DNA of 64,000 nucleotides from Tubiluchus corallicola (taxonomy: Eukaryota; Animalia; Priapulida). The notes beneath the pieces were generated by a model, which worked only from the letters and a program-made list of their open reading frames with translations, had not been told where the DNA came from and did not search any database. The first letter of the stretch is position 1, and each line of letters starts with the position of its first letter. The translations under genes and the position numbers were made by a program. The DNA is taken from the NCBI GenBank assembly GCA_030141605.1, contig JAQGDQ010000314.1, forward strand, positions 62,001 through 126,000, given 5' to 3'. Below are positions 10,268 to 23,318 of this stretch, in pieces.

Positions 10268-13209
10268 GTAAGTATTTTAGGGAAGAATTTTATTCCACAC
10301 ATTAAAAAAGTTTCCTAGATTTATAAATTTTAATTTTAGGTGAAATAGTGTATATTGAACCAAAACTAATGATCTATAATAGTAAGTTGCGAAGTATGCT
10401 ATTGCTACTTCATTTTTTAATGTAAATACTACTTATGTTTTCTCTTGCACAAAAATTATTTTTCTTTTTAGTTTTACTTTTGAGGTAATTCTCATGATAA
10501 ATGGTGAATTTGCTGATTGTCTGTTTTTACCGATACTAAATTAATACAGTAGGCACTGTGTATTAGATTCACGATAATGTAAAATTAATCAGTTGCCTAG
10601 TTGTTTGTGAAATGTGTCTAGTACAGGCTTCCCCTAAAACATCGCATAATTGATTCTATGTTTTTATACATAGAAATATACAAAGTGACGACCTGCCAAC
10701 TAGTGGTCAGTTAGCAAAATAATAGACTGTGTCCGTATTGTGTGGGACTTTTAACGAACCAGGCTTTGTCCGAATTTTTCTATATCCGTAAATGTGAGGT
10801 CCGGCAAACCGAGATATGAGTGTATTATTCCCCTGTCAAGAACTTTCAATTTGCTTTGGTTCAGCAATATGTTGGATATGCTTAGTATTAACCCAATTTG
10901 ATAAAAACATGTCCATTCTTGTCTGGGGGAAGCTTGAGATCGCAGTAAGTAGTTTGCTGCAATGCTGGACATGATATTATTTCACGCACCTATGTATCGC
11001 TAATTAAGGATGAGTGTTTTGTAAGTAAAGCTCAGAATTCACGCTGGTAAATTAACTAGTGCTATTATTCTCTTTTGGCTATTATTTTCCTGTTAAGACT
11101 TGCTAATCGAGAATTCAAGGTTTCGAGTCATGAAGAATGGAAGCAAAAAATATAAAAAGATGTATTAACTTTTTAATAGTTTAAATAGTTGACTCTTTAA
11201 TTTCATGTATTTTGTTTTTCTCTGATCGTGAGAAAACAAACACAAGAGCGTCATCGTAACTTACAGTGCATGTTTTAATTTAAGTACAATATTTTGTTCA
11301 GTAATATTTTCCTAATAAATTTCGATTTTGTTATTTAAAGCCGAGCACACACCAGTGATTCATGTACGATTTAGTTCTTAGCATTCACTTGCAGATTTTC
11401 TATATATTTGTTGTTTTTTTACTTACTTGTTAATGATACTTTTTGTATGTTTCGTGAGTTGCGCGTTAAAACTCAAATTTTCCCAACTTTATTGTATGTC
11501 GCATGTTTAAAAAACTAAGACTTGGCTCACTTCAAGTTTCTTCATTCTGGTTTAATTAGTTCTACTGGGATCTAATCATGACATAAATGCCCTTAGGGAA
11601 CAAGTATGGAATTGACAAGTTCAAGTAATGAGCTAACATCTAGCAATATCCCTGTTTGTAACTGCTTACTATGACATTGTAGGTAATAAAAAACTAACAA
11701 GTCTTTTAGCACTGTTATGTTTTGATTTTTTACATCTTATAGTTGTCCAGTGAAAAGTGAAGTGGCAATTTTTATGACTGCTTATGAAACTCGTGTCCTT
11801 TTGTAGCAAAAGTCGAAAACACTCCAGCAATGTCGAAAAAATATTTGTTGAACAGCTTTGCACACAGCGTATTAATCTCAAAATAGTCATTCTTCGTCGT
11901 TTTTTCATAAATTTTCTGTGGGTGTATTATGCAAGCGTTGGCACTGTCGAATTTTCTACCACGTTAGAATATATTATGTGATTCAGTGCGTTCGTGATTT
12001 AAGTAGTTAACTAACTGCAGACTATCGGGTTTTGGGAAAATCTGTAAGCTGTTTATTGCAGATTAGCAGGCAGGTTGCTTACAAATTCTTGCAATAGATG
12101 GAGCCACAAGGAAGTCTCTTCTATTTATTTTGAAGGCCACAATGCCTATGTTACTGAAATTGCTCATGAATAACACAGCTGGTTCTTGGGTTTGTATAAA
12201 AATACCGTTAGAATTAACATCTGCCTTATTGTCCTTCATACCAGACATTAGGGTAGGCCTACACATGTTGCTTATATTGGAAATGCAGCACATAAATAAC
12301 TGTGTACCTTAAATGTGTTTCTTTAGATTTGCAGTAAAGTGTATTTTAAATTATTCACTACAAAAATATTGACTCTTCTTAGGTGCTTATGGGCATAATT
12401 AATCACTACAAAGAAGTTGATTACTACTGCTAATCTGCTAGTAGACTAAACTCTGTTTTTAACACCATTGGATCATTGGAAAGCCACTACTTGTTGAAGC
12501 AACTTTAGGAAATGATATGCGGTGGTTAATTGTTATTACTGCCTGACTATTGAAGTGACCAAGCAACTGTAACTGAGGTTTGACAAGCAGTGTGACGAAC
12601 ATGATACATACTTAACAATAGTATGTAATTAAATAATTAAATTATCTAGTTGTTGGTGGTCATTAGTGATTCTATGTCTTTCTTGTAGCTGTTTCATAGC
12701 CGAATAGATACTTGCCAATGCATTTTGCATGTTTACAGTTTCATTACTGCCTGCGTTTGATATTTACTTTGGGCAGTTTCATTTGCTGTACTGGTTCTAA
12801 GTATTTTCCTCAAATATTTGGAATCGGAAGATATTTGGTTACAGTTATTTGGTTTATCATTTTTCAAATTAGATATAATATTAGTGCATCAAATGATCAA
12901 AAAATGAATTTTTTTAAAAATCATCTTTAATTGGTAATGCAATTCAGTATAATTCATAAAAGTAGGATTGATACAGTTGAATTTGATTAGTTATTGATTG
13001 TATTGATGTTGGTTTTCAGTGATGATATTAATGTTATTGATCAATGCAATGAATTATTGTGTTAAGCATTAATGTTCTGTAGCTAGAACTTATTATGCAT
13101 TCTGTATCCGATGATGTAATGTCATTTTTTTTCTACAGATAATTTGCCATTTTTTGCAATGGGACACAGCTAGGATAAATTGGAGGGGAACTTTTGTTTT
13201 AAAGACGTC

Positions 13210-13245
13210 ATGGATGAAGAAGATGTGCTAGTTGATGAATCGGAG
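13210..13245 (+). CDS. Candidate first coding segment MDEEDVLVDESE (exon 13139-13245) of a large + strand gene
   Basis: Strong acceptor ttttttttctacag (ends 13138), Kozak-like GTCATGG and donor GAG|GTAAGT in phase 0. A uORF MGHS* lies at 13159-13173. Confidence 0.55.
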
Positions 13246-13540
13246 GTAAGTGAATGAAGAGACTTCATAGATATGATTAACGATCTATTTATTGCTAGAA
13301 TTTGACATTTGATTGCAGGGCATTTGGTTGGCCCAGATTAGACATTGATAGGAAAGTTATTAAACTTACCATACACTAAGCTTTGCTAAACATACACTCT
13401 TATTCTCTGTAGTAAGACAGGTTTCACATTATACTTTCTTTGTCTTAAGTACAGTGTATCAGCTGAATAGATTTAATTATAAATAGAATAACATGAACTA
13501 TGGCTAGACTTATGTCATTTGAAAAGTTTTGTACGTCTAC

Positions 13541-13960
13541 TAGGGGTGAGCATCGAACGTTCGAGTTCGAACGTTCGAATCGAATTCGAACGAGTTTTTT
13601 TAGTTCGAACTCGATTCGAATCCAAAACTATAGTTTCGAATAATTCAGCACTTCAATCACATATGTTCCTGATCACTAAAATGATTGAAGCAACATGCAA
13701 TTAGCATAATTTAGCAGTGATTTCTGTGCACAATTTTAAACAAATTATTAGTCGTTTTATTGCAGAACAAAATCTAGTGATACGCATGATCTTTGTAAGA
13801 CTAATTTTTACTGGTGGTTCGAAAACTTGTTCGAAAATCGTTCAATCTCAATTCGAATTCGGTTCGAATTCGAAACACTGAAGTTCGATTCGATTCGAAT
13901 TCGAAAGTCACAAATTCGGTTCGATTCGAATTCGCTTTCTGGTAGAGATGCTCACCCCTA
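13541..13960. mobile_element. hAT-superfamily MITE with perfect 8-bp TSD
   Basis: TIRs taggggtgagcatc / gatgctcaccccta; TSD acgtctac at 13533-13540 and 13961-13968; subterminal TTCGAA arrays. Confidence 0.93.
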
Positions 13961-13982
13961 ACGTCTACAGATATATTGCTCA

Positions 13983-14568
13983 ACATGGCTGTGGCTGACG
14001 TTGGTTTGTGGATAATGGGGTACGTGAAGCAGGAATGTACCGGATCTGATATATAATCGGAGATCGGCAAGCAAACTAGCATATCGGAACAAATCAAAGA
14101 TTGTCCTGATAATGTTCTAATATCTGCAACAGCAAAGCCGATGTTAGAATTTTTCCCTAAAATAAATTTTCACTTTGAATACATCTAAAATAAACTTTAA
14201 TTGAGCCGCTTCTGGTATTAGCCCTTAATGGATACAATGATGAAAAACACTTGCGGTCATTAATCTTATCAGTTTTTTCTTTAAATTTCTTCCATTTTTG
14301 CCATGCTATTTACGTATAATTGTTGATGAAAGGTATTCTTCATAAAATAACAGCTATAAACAGACAAACTATTACACAATTAATACTTTACAGATGGACA
14401 AAATGCAGGAATTGTATTTAATTTTGGCTTCCCACATTCACAACATAAAAAGCAGTTAAAATACCATCATATCACGTTTGGTCTGATCTGATTGAATTGG
14501 TCAAAAGCAATAGGTGAAAATAATCGATATCGGATTGGGACACAGGTTCCCATATCGGCACATTCATG
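13983..14568. mobile_element. Older hAT-like MITE
   Basis: Degenerate ends catggctgtggctga / tcggcacattcatg, with repeated ATCGG subterminal motifs at both ends. Confidence 0.45.
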
Positions 14569-14780
14569 ATGTGAGATGGACGTCCTGGTTTCTTGAGGTG
14601 TCAGTGCAGTATTCTGTCTGCTTCACTGAATTATTAATTTATTAATTAATGGACAGTGGGCATATTTTCTTTCTGTTTGAATTTTTTGCTTGTTGTACTG
14701 TTTTTGTTTGTTTACTTTAGTTTTCTTTTTAGTTTTTAAAATCATTATTTGCCGTTTCTTGCTAAACAAATTGTTATAAA

Positions 14781-15053
14781 CAGGGCCTATTTCAGCTTAG
14801 GCGAGGCCTGGGGAAGTGGAGCGTGTGAGGCCCCATCGGGGAGGGGGGGCGGTTGCTACCATGGTTGGCGCCCAGAAAATTTTTGAACTGCTAGAACGCC
14901 GGAGAAGCATTTTCGAAGTGAAAACATGGAGTTATACAGTTGTTAAAGGAAAGAACAATTGAAAGAAAAACTGCTTTATTCTCAAGACCAGTCCTTAATA
15001 CTTGTTAATACTGACAAACGGTGTGCGTGCGGCAAGAGAGAGAGAGAGAGAGG

Positions 15054-15084
<31 letters not shown>

Positions 15085-15170
15085 AGGGAGGGAGAGAGGA
15101 GGCAGTATGGTCGCATAAAGCAAAAAAAGTTACCTTGGCGCAAGGCCCCCCCCCATTGAAATAGGCCCTG
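14781..15170. mobile_element. hAT-superfamily MITE carrying a (GA)n tract
   Basis: TIRs cagggcctatttca / tgaaataggccctg; 8-bp TSD gttataaa / gttgtaaa with one mismatch. Confidence 0.9.
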
Positions 15171-17775
15171 GTTGTAAATGGCATAAAGCGGCAAATTTTA
15201 ATAACAATAACACATAGAAGGCACTCAGTAAATGGTTGGTAGACCAGGATGTGTCAACACATAAAATCAGTGTGGGCAAAAAATTTTATTTTGACGTTTT
15301 GGATTTTAACTTATTTGAATTTATAGTGCGTGGACATTGTATTTCAGACCACTGTCTAGCAGGTAGCGCAATAGTTCCCAGTGCTAAAAGCTACAGCAAG
15401 TTGTAAACGTTCATGCCGTTTTGAAAAGCTTTATGTTGTTAAATTGAGCGGGAAGGTGATTTTGATCGTTTTCTGGGTGGTTTACTTCGTGCCTTATGTT
15501 TGCCTGCAGTTTAGATGTTCTTTTGTTTCCTCTGCTCGTGTGGCTGACGTACGTTTGTGCCCTCTGGCGGGACAAGATATCATTTCTGAAGACACAATAA
15601 ATTACTTCTCAGCGTGCGACTTTTTAACTGCCCGCAAACGATTTGAAGATTTAACATTTCATTCTGTGGGGAGGGTGGTATGCTGACACAGCGAGGTGGT
15701 CATTTTTTCCCAATTTCCAAAATTGTCACTATAATGAATGCACGTCAAGACGTCATTTGGTTCATTTTTGCAAAAATTGAACCAAAAATTGTTCTTGTTT
15801 TTGCCTGTAAGCTCTGTCAGCACTGTCGCTTCTTACTTCCTTCTCCCACTGCCCTCCTGTCACTTTTCTTTAGCTTTCAACATCAGAAATCACGTCAGAT
15901 TCTATTGAACGCCTCCAATACACGTGTTTCGCTGAACTTGTCTTGATGCAGAGGATTTTTTAGACCACTATTGTGAAAACAGTGCGCGATTTTACAGATT
16001 TAGACCCGTTATCCTATTTGTGCAGTTTTCCTTTTTGAACTCGTGTATATGTAATAGAGTGTTCTGATGTTCCGTTTGTTTCTGTTTCTTGTTTTCTTGG
16101 CCGGTAATGTCCTTAAATTTGTTCTGCTCAATGTTCATACCGTTTTTTGTGTTTTGTTGTTAAAATGTTCAGTTTGCTGAATATGACAGGATCGTGTTGC
16201 GTAGGTACACTTTTTAGTGTAGGCCTATTCTTGTGTGCTTAAACCTTTGCGCCACCTAATTTGATATCAGAGCTGGCTAAAATTTGTACGTGTATTCTGA
16301 AATCTTCCGAGACGCATAGTAGCAGTGTCGACAACTCACTAAAACAATGCTGCAGGTTTAATTTGTGCGCGTATATAGACGTTTGTAAAATTCTTTAGCC
16401 TGAAAAAGCAAGTACTGCTGTCGGTTCCGTTTTGCAACCCATTTATCAGACTTAGGCTATCACATTAAGCTCTTAAATATCTAGTTGCAATTCCATTTTT
16501 AGTTGCTCAATCGTGGTCTGGTTTCTTTTTCATGCTGTGTAAAACTATACTTGCAAATAATAAACCTAATTTTTTTTTGTGTTTTGCGCGTAGTCGTTAA
16601 GGTGCCACTGGTATGTTGTTTCCTATTATTTTAAATGTTATTTTTTGTAACTTACTTGCCATTGTATGATCATTATGAATAATATTGTAATAACAACCTT
16701 AGAACATGCACACCTTTTAGTGTGCTTAGTCTGAAATTGTGATTAAATTTATTTCAAAGTTATGAAGCATTAAACCTCAATTATTTGCAGTTTGCAGTTA
16801 ATTATATTAAATTATTTAATTAACTGATGACATCAACGATTTTTTTCTTTGTTGTGCTCAGAGAAAATATTTCAGATATATTATCAAAATAAACCATGTG
16901 AATTTGTGTTTAACAATTTTTTGTTAAAAGTGTAGTGTGAACTACTTAAAAATGGATGTTGTTTCAACCACGACTTCCTGGTTCCTCTCCTTTTCCTTAG
17001 TCTCCTAGTTTTTTTCTTAGTCTCAGTTGGTGGCCTATTGTCGATGATATGCTACAAAAAATGTTGCGATCTAGAACCGATTATTATTTTTGTTTGCGCA
17101 ATTTGTGCAATCTGAGGGCACACATTTGCCGCAAAGATGACTATCAATAGCCAGGTGTTCAGGTGCAATTCTGGAAGTTTGGAATTCTTTGCGAGCAGGT
17201 GCAAAGTTAATCAACAGTGAAAAAGCTAACCGAAACAGGTGTATGGCGGAGGGGGGATGTCATATGAAGTTTCAGGAGGCAGTTAATTTTCTTTTATCAA
17301 TATAATTAAAGAGAATAATCAACTTTTTGCTTAGTTAGTTATTTGTTTTTTTTTCTAGTTTCTCTAGAACTTTCTTCAGTTTCGAAGTCCCCCTAACAAT
17401 TGTGGTACCTCCTAAAACCAGGATCTCTTTCTGAAAATGTTATTTTTAGTTGAATTTGTTTACAATTTGGAAGTGATCTGTTTGAGAAACAAAACGGACA
17501 AGTAGCTCAGCTAATTTTGACAACGTTACGTTTATTATTACTGATAGCTCCCCCGGCTCTGTTGTTATTATGCAACCCTGGCAAATGGCGTATCAATGTT
17601 TGGGAGGGTGGTTCTATTTATCACTGTATTCGCCTTGAAAGATGGTTCAGCGACGTGTGTTCAACAGCGGTGCCCTCTAGTAGCTGGTTTCAGAAGACTG
17701 CTGAAGCTAATCGCTTTCGCTTCACAATTTGCTTGGTATTCTCTGAGAGCGGAAGCTTTGATTTGAGCTTTCCCA

Positions 17776-17935
17776 GGCGTAGCTAGCTGATAAAGCACGG
17801 GACCTACCTACCTATTGTAATCCGGGAGTCAACGCTAAAACGCGTCCCGGCTCTCGGTCAGTCTTATAACCATGAGCTTCTTACCTAATAAGTCGAAAGT
17901 TGAAAAATGTTGATCCTGCCTTGCCTTGCCTTTAA
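17776..17935 (+). mobile_element. Possible decayed tRNA-derived SINE
   Basis: tRNA-like head gcgtagctagctgataaagcacgggac..., ending in a short (gcctt)n tail. Confidence 0.35.
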
Positions 17936-18717
17936 CTTCCAGTTTTGCGCAGCATTCATCTGCAAGTTTTCTGAATGCACCTTTATTACTACGCTTTTGA
18001 GTTCGTGTACCCTATCATGGAACCACCCTATCATCTATTAGCAATAATTGATAGGTTGATAAAGCGTTCAAGGAACCGCCCAGCAAAAAAGGTCATTTTT
18101 CATATGCAAACTGTTAGGCTGGGAAAGGATGCTCGTTATTTCCTTCTGTGGGGGCTGGGTAGTTGCATCGTATAGATGATGATGCGTGGTGTGCGTGTAC
18201 TTCAATTTGGCTGATTTGTGCTTTACTTTTGCTAAAAGTTATAGTTAAACCGTAAGTCAGTACATTTTCATTGTACGGTGACGTGCGGCGCCATTGTGCA
18301 AGATGACAGTGTCGTTTTATGGAGTCTTAATGGCTTTATGGCCTGCTATGGGTTGGGATTTTTTAGTCAAACTAATGTTATTATCAGCTTAATTAAAACA
18401 GGTGTAATGGTGTGTTATTGCATTGTGTAACGTTAGTGTAACGTTTTTCCTAATGTGCCACACTGTTCGTGTTGCAGTTTTACAAATTTGCTTGATCTGC
18501 TTGTCAGCGTGTCCCAAACTGCTTATTCCTGGTGTTATAGTTACTTGTGATTACAGAGCAGCATCTTTTTATACAAAAGCTGCCGTTTCACCTCCGTTGT
18601 CACAGTTGAACCATTGCTGACCTTGGCTAAAATCCCGTAAGTTCAGAGATAAATATATGTCCAGACTAAAATAATATGCTTTAGTGGTGTTTAAAATAAG
18701 TCAGTTGAAATCGATTT

Positions 18718-18961
18718 CAACTTGGTAGTGGAGTCTCCCCTTTCGTCAGTACCAACTTGGTAGTTGAGTCTCCCCTTTCGTCAGTACCAACTTGGTAGTT
18801 GAGTCTCCCCTTTCGTCAGTACCAACTTGGTAGTTGAGTCTCTCTTTCGTCAGTACCAACTTGGTAGTTGAGTCTCCCCTTTCGTCAGTACCAACTTGGT
18901 AGTTGAGTCTCCCCTTTCGTCAGTACCAACTTGGTAGTTGAGCCTCCCCTTTCGTCAGTAC
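18718..18961. repeat. 35-bp minisatellite, 7 copies (caacttggtagttgagtctcccctttcgtcagtac)
   Basis: Head-to-tail near-identical copies start at 18718, 18753, 18788, 18823, 18857, 18892 and 18927, with no spacers. Confidence 0.97.
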
Positions 18962-19998
18962 CATTTATTTCTGTGGTTTTTCTTTCTAATTTGTGTTTAA
19001 TCTGAATAACAAAGCTCTTTAGTGGTGCATATATATGCATGATTGAGCAATTGACCACCGCTAGTCATAGCATGATGAATACTTTTCAGTTGTACTCGTA
19101 GGAAAATCGCCTATTTTCGGCTTTTAATAACTAGCGGTTTATTGCTGTTATCAGATAAGCATATGAGGATTTTGTAAAGTGTATTAAATTCTCAGTAAAT
19201 ACTTTATGTAGCGTATAAATTTCTAGTGTAATACTATCATGTAGGTAAATGTACGTGTAATGTACGTAATATTAAATAATGTGCATAATATTAAATAACG
19301 GAAGATTAAATTATTTAACTGCTTGGAAAGAATAATTTGTATGGCTTGCTGGATTATTTAAGCACACTAAACATACTTGGTTTGCCTATGGTAAATTAAT
19401 TAGCTGTTTGCACGCTGCGAATTAAATATTAGATCTACTTTACGGCTGAGCCTTTAATTTCTTTGTGTGTTTATTAGTGTAATTTTTTAAATGTTTGTGC
19501 TATTGTTTGTGTATCTGTTTTTTGAAGTTTTTTTCAATTTTTCCGATGCACTTGTTTATGCATACTAAAACGCAGATATGCATCTTGTTCTGCATTGCTC
19601 GTTATTTTTGAATTTTTCCCATCGTTGACTTTCCGATCTTTTCCGCCATAGTTTTCAGATTTGTCACTTTACAAAATTCCTGCTAATCGCCTTCCTGCTG
19701 TGAAACTTTATCCAGGTGTCGATTGGGTTTTTGTCCTGCGCTTTTTGAAAGCGGATTTCTCTGTGCTGATAGTAATTTGTCGTTGACCGTTTTTAAAATA
19801 TTCTCAGGAAGAACAAGTCGTTAAATACTGGAGAGGATAGTCTTTTCTTCTTCTAACACATTTTAGGGACTTGTGACAAAAGTGACATTGTTGTAAAGGT
19901 GTGTTCGCACATGTGTAAGGGTAACGTCATACTCTTCTCATTCCTCGCCACGCGGTATATGATGTCGTTGTTGTACATGATGTCAATGATACATTACA

Positions 19999-20345
19999 TT
20001 GTTAGAAAATTTATGGAATTTTGCTTGGAAATGCAACGAGTTTTGTCTGTAGTGGTGTCTTGACTGGCTACTGAAGTCTTGTGACCGTTAATAATAAGTT
20101 TATTGTGTGATATTTCGCTTTGTGATAAATCAGTCGCTGGATAGGTGCTGGTGCCCACGTTTTAGTTTATGTTATGTAAAATAGTGTTACTGAGACAGTT
20201 AAAATAATTGGCAAAATGCCAGAAGAGTCACCGACGGATTCTGCGCCAGTGGCCCGGATACCCGGATCTGTCATTGACCTGGATGTTCTGGACGAATTGG
20301 TGAGGAGACGTATTAAATCTGTTCTGGGAGAACACGTCCGAAATT
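19999..20345 (+). mobile_element. Possible LTR-retrotransposon 5' remnant (LTR end, PBS-like TGG, gag-like start)
   Basis: TGTT start, then TGGTGCCC, then the ATG of MPEESPTDSAPVARIPGSVIDLDVLDELVRRRIKSVL, which breaks off into AT-rich sequence. Confidence 0.3.
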
Positions 20346-21299
20346 ACTCCATTTACTCTGTACGTACTCTTTATTATTTATCTAGTTTAAATTTAATTAT
20401 TTATTTTACTTTATTATTAGACTAGTAGTTCCTGAGGCAACACGATTCCTTTAATCCTTTTGCATTCTTGTCATGTTACGACCACTTGTTACCGTTAAAG
20501 AAAAGGCCAAGCCTTCTGGGAAGTTAAGCTTATTTGAATGTTCGCGAAGAGTGTTAGAAGGCTTCCGTAATAAAAGTGCAATAAGGGCCTCGTGTAATTA
20601 GTAAAATCACTTTAAAGTCGCGATCACTTAATGCTTGGGTGCTTCCATTTTCAATGCCCATTCTTCTTCCAATTATGTCATTAATCCTGAAGAAAAGTAA
20701 CGTTCCATCAATTTCCGTCAAAAGTATAATAACTTTTTACAAAAAAATAGAAGGCTAATTTTGCGTGAACGTTAGTTGAGCTGCAGAAGTTTGAATTAGT
20801 CTAAACAGCGCGTGATTACGCGAAGCCACGGTGCACTTACGAAAAGCCACGAAGTCTGCCAGTTACGTCATAATTTTCAAGTGAATGGCGGCAACCACCA
20901 CGCCTGATAATTTCTTTTCAGAGATAGTATATTTTAAACTTATGCTTTGCAGACAGTTTTTTGCAAAATCTTTTTCTTATAGTTTTCTAAGTTTAAGTGA
21001 TAACAGTAAAATAAACTCACTATACTGAGTGACTTGTTCTTTCCTCTAAAGTCCATTATCATGGAATAGACGGGAAGGGAGAAGCGGCATACAGACGGGG
21101 AAGGGAGTCGCGTGGCTGCTCTCTCTGCCCGTTTACATGTAACTTTTTTAGGCGCCGCCATGTTCGTACTCATTATGTTGATAATCAATGCTCATACGTT
21201 TTGCACGTGTCTTGTGCGTTTATTTATCTCTAAATAATGTACTCTTCTACACGTGCGCTAAATATGTCTGCTAAGAATAAAACCGGCAGATGATGTTCT

Positions 21300-22250
21300 G
21301 GGGCCGGATTCACTTAAGGACAAGAAAAGGGGTACCTGAAGTAGGTGTCAGAAAAATCGCCTTAAAAATTATATTACTTTATAGTAATTTTATGCGTAAA
21401 TCGTACTCGCGTTGAAAGGAATTTTTGTTTGTCTTCATTTTAAATTTCCCGCAATACTGTTCGGAAATTGCCATTACATGACGTCACTACCCAAACGTAA
21501 AGAAAAAAAAATGTAAAATTATGTCCCAAAAAACTTTTCATGCAAATCTATATTACTTAGCTTTTCGCTTACCTGCTGGAAGGACTTAACTAACTAGAAA
21601 AGAAAATTATTAATTATTTAAAATGTTTTCACTAATTGGTAAAATGTCGCTGACACCCTCCGGGGTGCACCACTCACTAACCAAAAACGTGTTTTTAATC
21701 TTATTGACAAGATACAGTAAATTAAAATTTTACTTTCTTAGTGACGTGTGCGCTACGAATGCTCTGATTATTTTTCAAAGTTTACACAATGTTATCTAAA
21801 CTTGTTTCAGATGACCTATCGTCAAAATGGCTGCATTTAACGGTCGTCGCGGGAATTTAAATTTACATGTTTTATACAGCGTTACTGCCAATTGAAGTCC
21901 TATACGTAAAAAGGCAGTATGTAAGTGGTATAAAATTTCAAGACGAATTTTTTAAGCTTTATTAGCCCACTGTAAGTGCAAGGTTTTCTTGTGCTTTTAA
22001 GTTCTTACGAACGATTTTCTGCGTAAGTTTGTGCGTACGAACTTTTTGGCTTTACACAAGGATTAGAGCTTGCGTAAGTGTAATTTAGCACGTTGTGCAC
22101 GGCTTAAATAATTATGGCTGGTGTTTTCGTGGAAGAGGAAAAGGCTATTAATAGAAATTTGGTACATAGAGAACGTATTTTTCGCAATAGATTAGAATTA
22201 GACCTTTCAAAGGAAAGTGATAAACGAACTATAGTCCACGCAGCGGACTA
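21300..22250 (+). mobile_element. PIF/Harbinger 5' end with truncated transposase start, apparently interrupted by another ~650-bp insertion
   Basis: Harbinger-type terminus ggggccggattcac at 21300 and CGTAAG/CTTACG subterminal motifs at 22000-22080. ORF 22114 (MAGVFVEEE...RERIFRNRLELDLSKESD) resembles HARBI1-type N-termini and is cut by a CT tract. Confidence 0.6.
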
Positions 22251-22295
22251 CATGGCTTGCATCTCTCTTTTTCTCTCTCTCGCTCCCACCTCTCT

Positions 22296-22327
<32 letters not shown>

Positions 22328-23267
22328 TTTGCTGTCCCCTTCTCTCGCTCGCTTCCTCCCTCATATCTTTCCTTCCTTCCCCACTCTCTCTCTCTCCCCC
22401 CTTTCTCTCTATCTATGTGTCTGTCTGTTTATCTATCCATCTGTCTGTCTACCTATCTTTGCACTTATCTGCTCCTGCCTGCCTTACTTAGCTATCTGCT
22501 AACTGCCTATTGATTCAGAAGAATATGATTTAAAGTTTGTGCAAAACAAACGCTCGGATTTTTGTTAAAATAACTTTCTCTTTATTTTAAAATGCACAGT
22601 AATTTCCTCATTTTAATCATCTTTAAAAAGTTAGTTGAATTCTACGCTTGAGAGGGGTGGTAAAACTTGCGTCCACGGAGGCACAGTTTATATTCATCGT
22701 CGAAGCCACTCCGTCAGTTTGATCGCTTGGTATTGACTGCTCGGTTCTGATGCTGCTGCTGCAGTTGTGTTGCTAGGATGCCGCCGCATCAGTTCTAGGT
22801 TGATAAACTGTGCGCGCTCGCTGGTGTATAAAAGTATATGAGTGGTATAAACTTGTTTAATTGCCATCAACTGACACAGTATAGGAGTCGTCTGTGGCCG
22901 TCGGGAATCCGTAATCCGTCATCTACTGCCCTTTTAAATTAAGAATGACAGATTGTAGTTGTCAGTAATAAGTTGGGTGTCATCATTAATTTCGACTCTT
23001 TATGTAGATTACCTCTTGAGAGTTCTTGAATATTCTAAAATTGATTGTCTTGAGAGACCAGGTTAACATTTGTTTCTGGATTGTCGGCAGTGTTGTACGA
23101 AGTTATCCTCTGCGGCAGGATGGCATTCAGTTTGTGGCATTTTGAACTGGATCGCTAACTGCCATGGAACTTTAGAATATCGGCTATTGATTGGTGTTGG
23201 CAGTATAACTGAAGCCAGTTTCATCTGATCTCTTAAGTTTATTCCTTGAACTGAGTTCACAAGTCAA

Positions 23268-23318
23268 ATGGGTTCATACAGTTTGAGTCCAACAAGGATA
23301 CGTCAAACTATGCAAAGG
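23268..23318 (+). CDS. Candidate alternative first coding segment MGSYSLSPTRIRQTMQR
   Basis: AAATGG start context and AGG|GTAAGT donor in phase 0. Upstream are an Inr-like TCAGTT (~22714) and TATAAAA (~22827). Confidence 0.45.

Noticed and set aside
18718-18961. 35-bp direct repeats resembling a CRISPR array
   Set aside because: The units are contiguous with no spacers, there are no cas genes, and the context is eukaryotic.
20079-20100. ttgtgaccgtta matches the 5' part of miR-2001
   Set aside because: The 3' half diverges and there is no complementary arm nearby.
23268-23288. N-myristoylation signal in MGSYSLS
   Set aside because: Position 6 is Leu rather than the preferred Ser/Thr, and the exon itself is unconfirmed.
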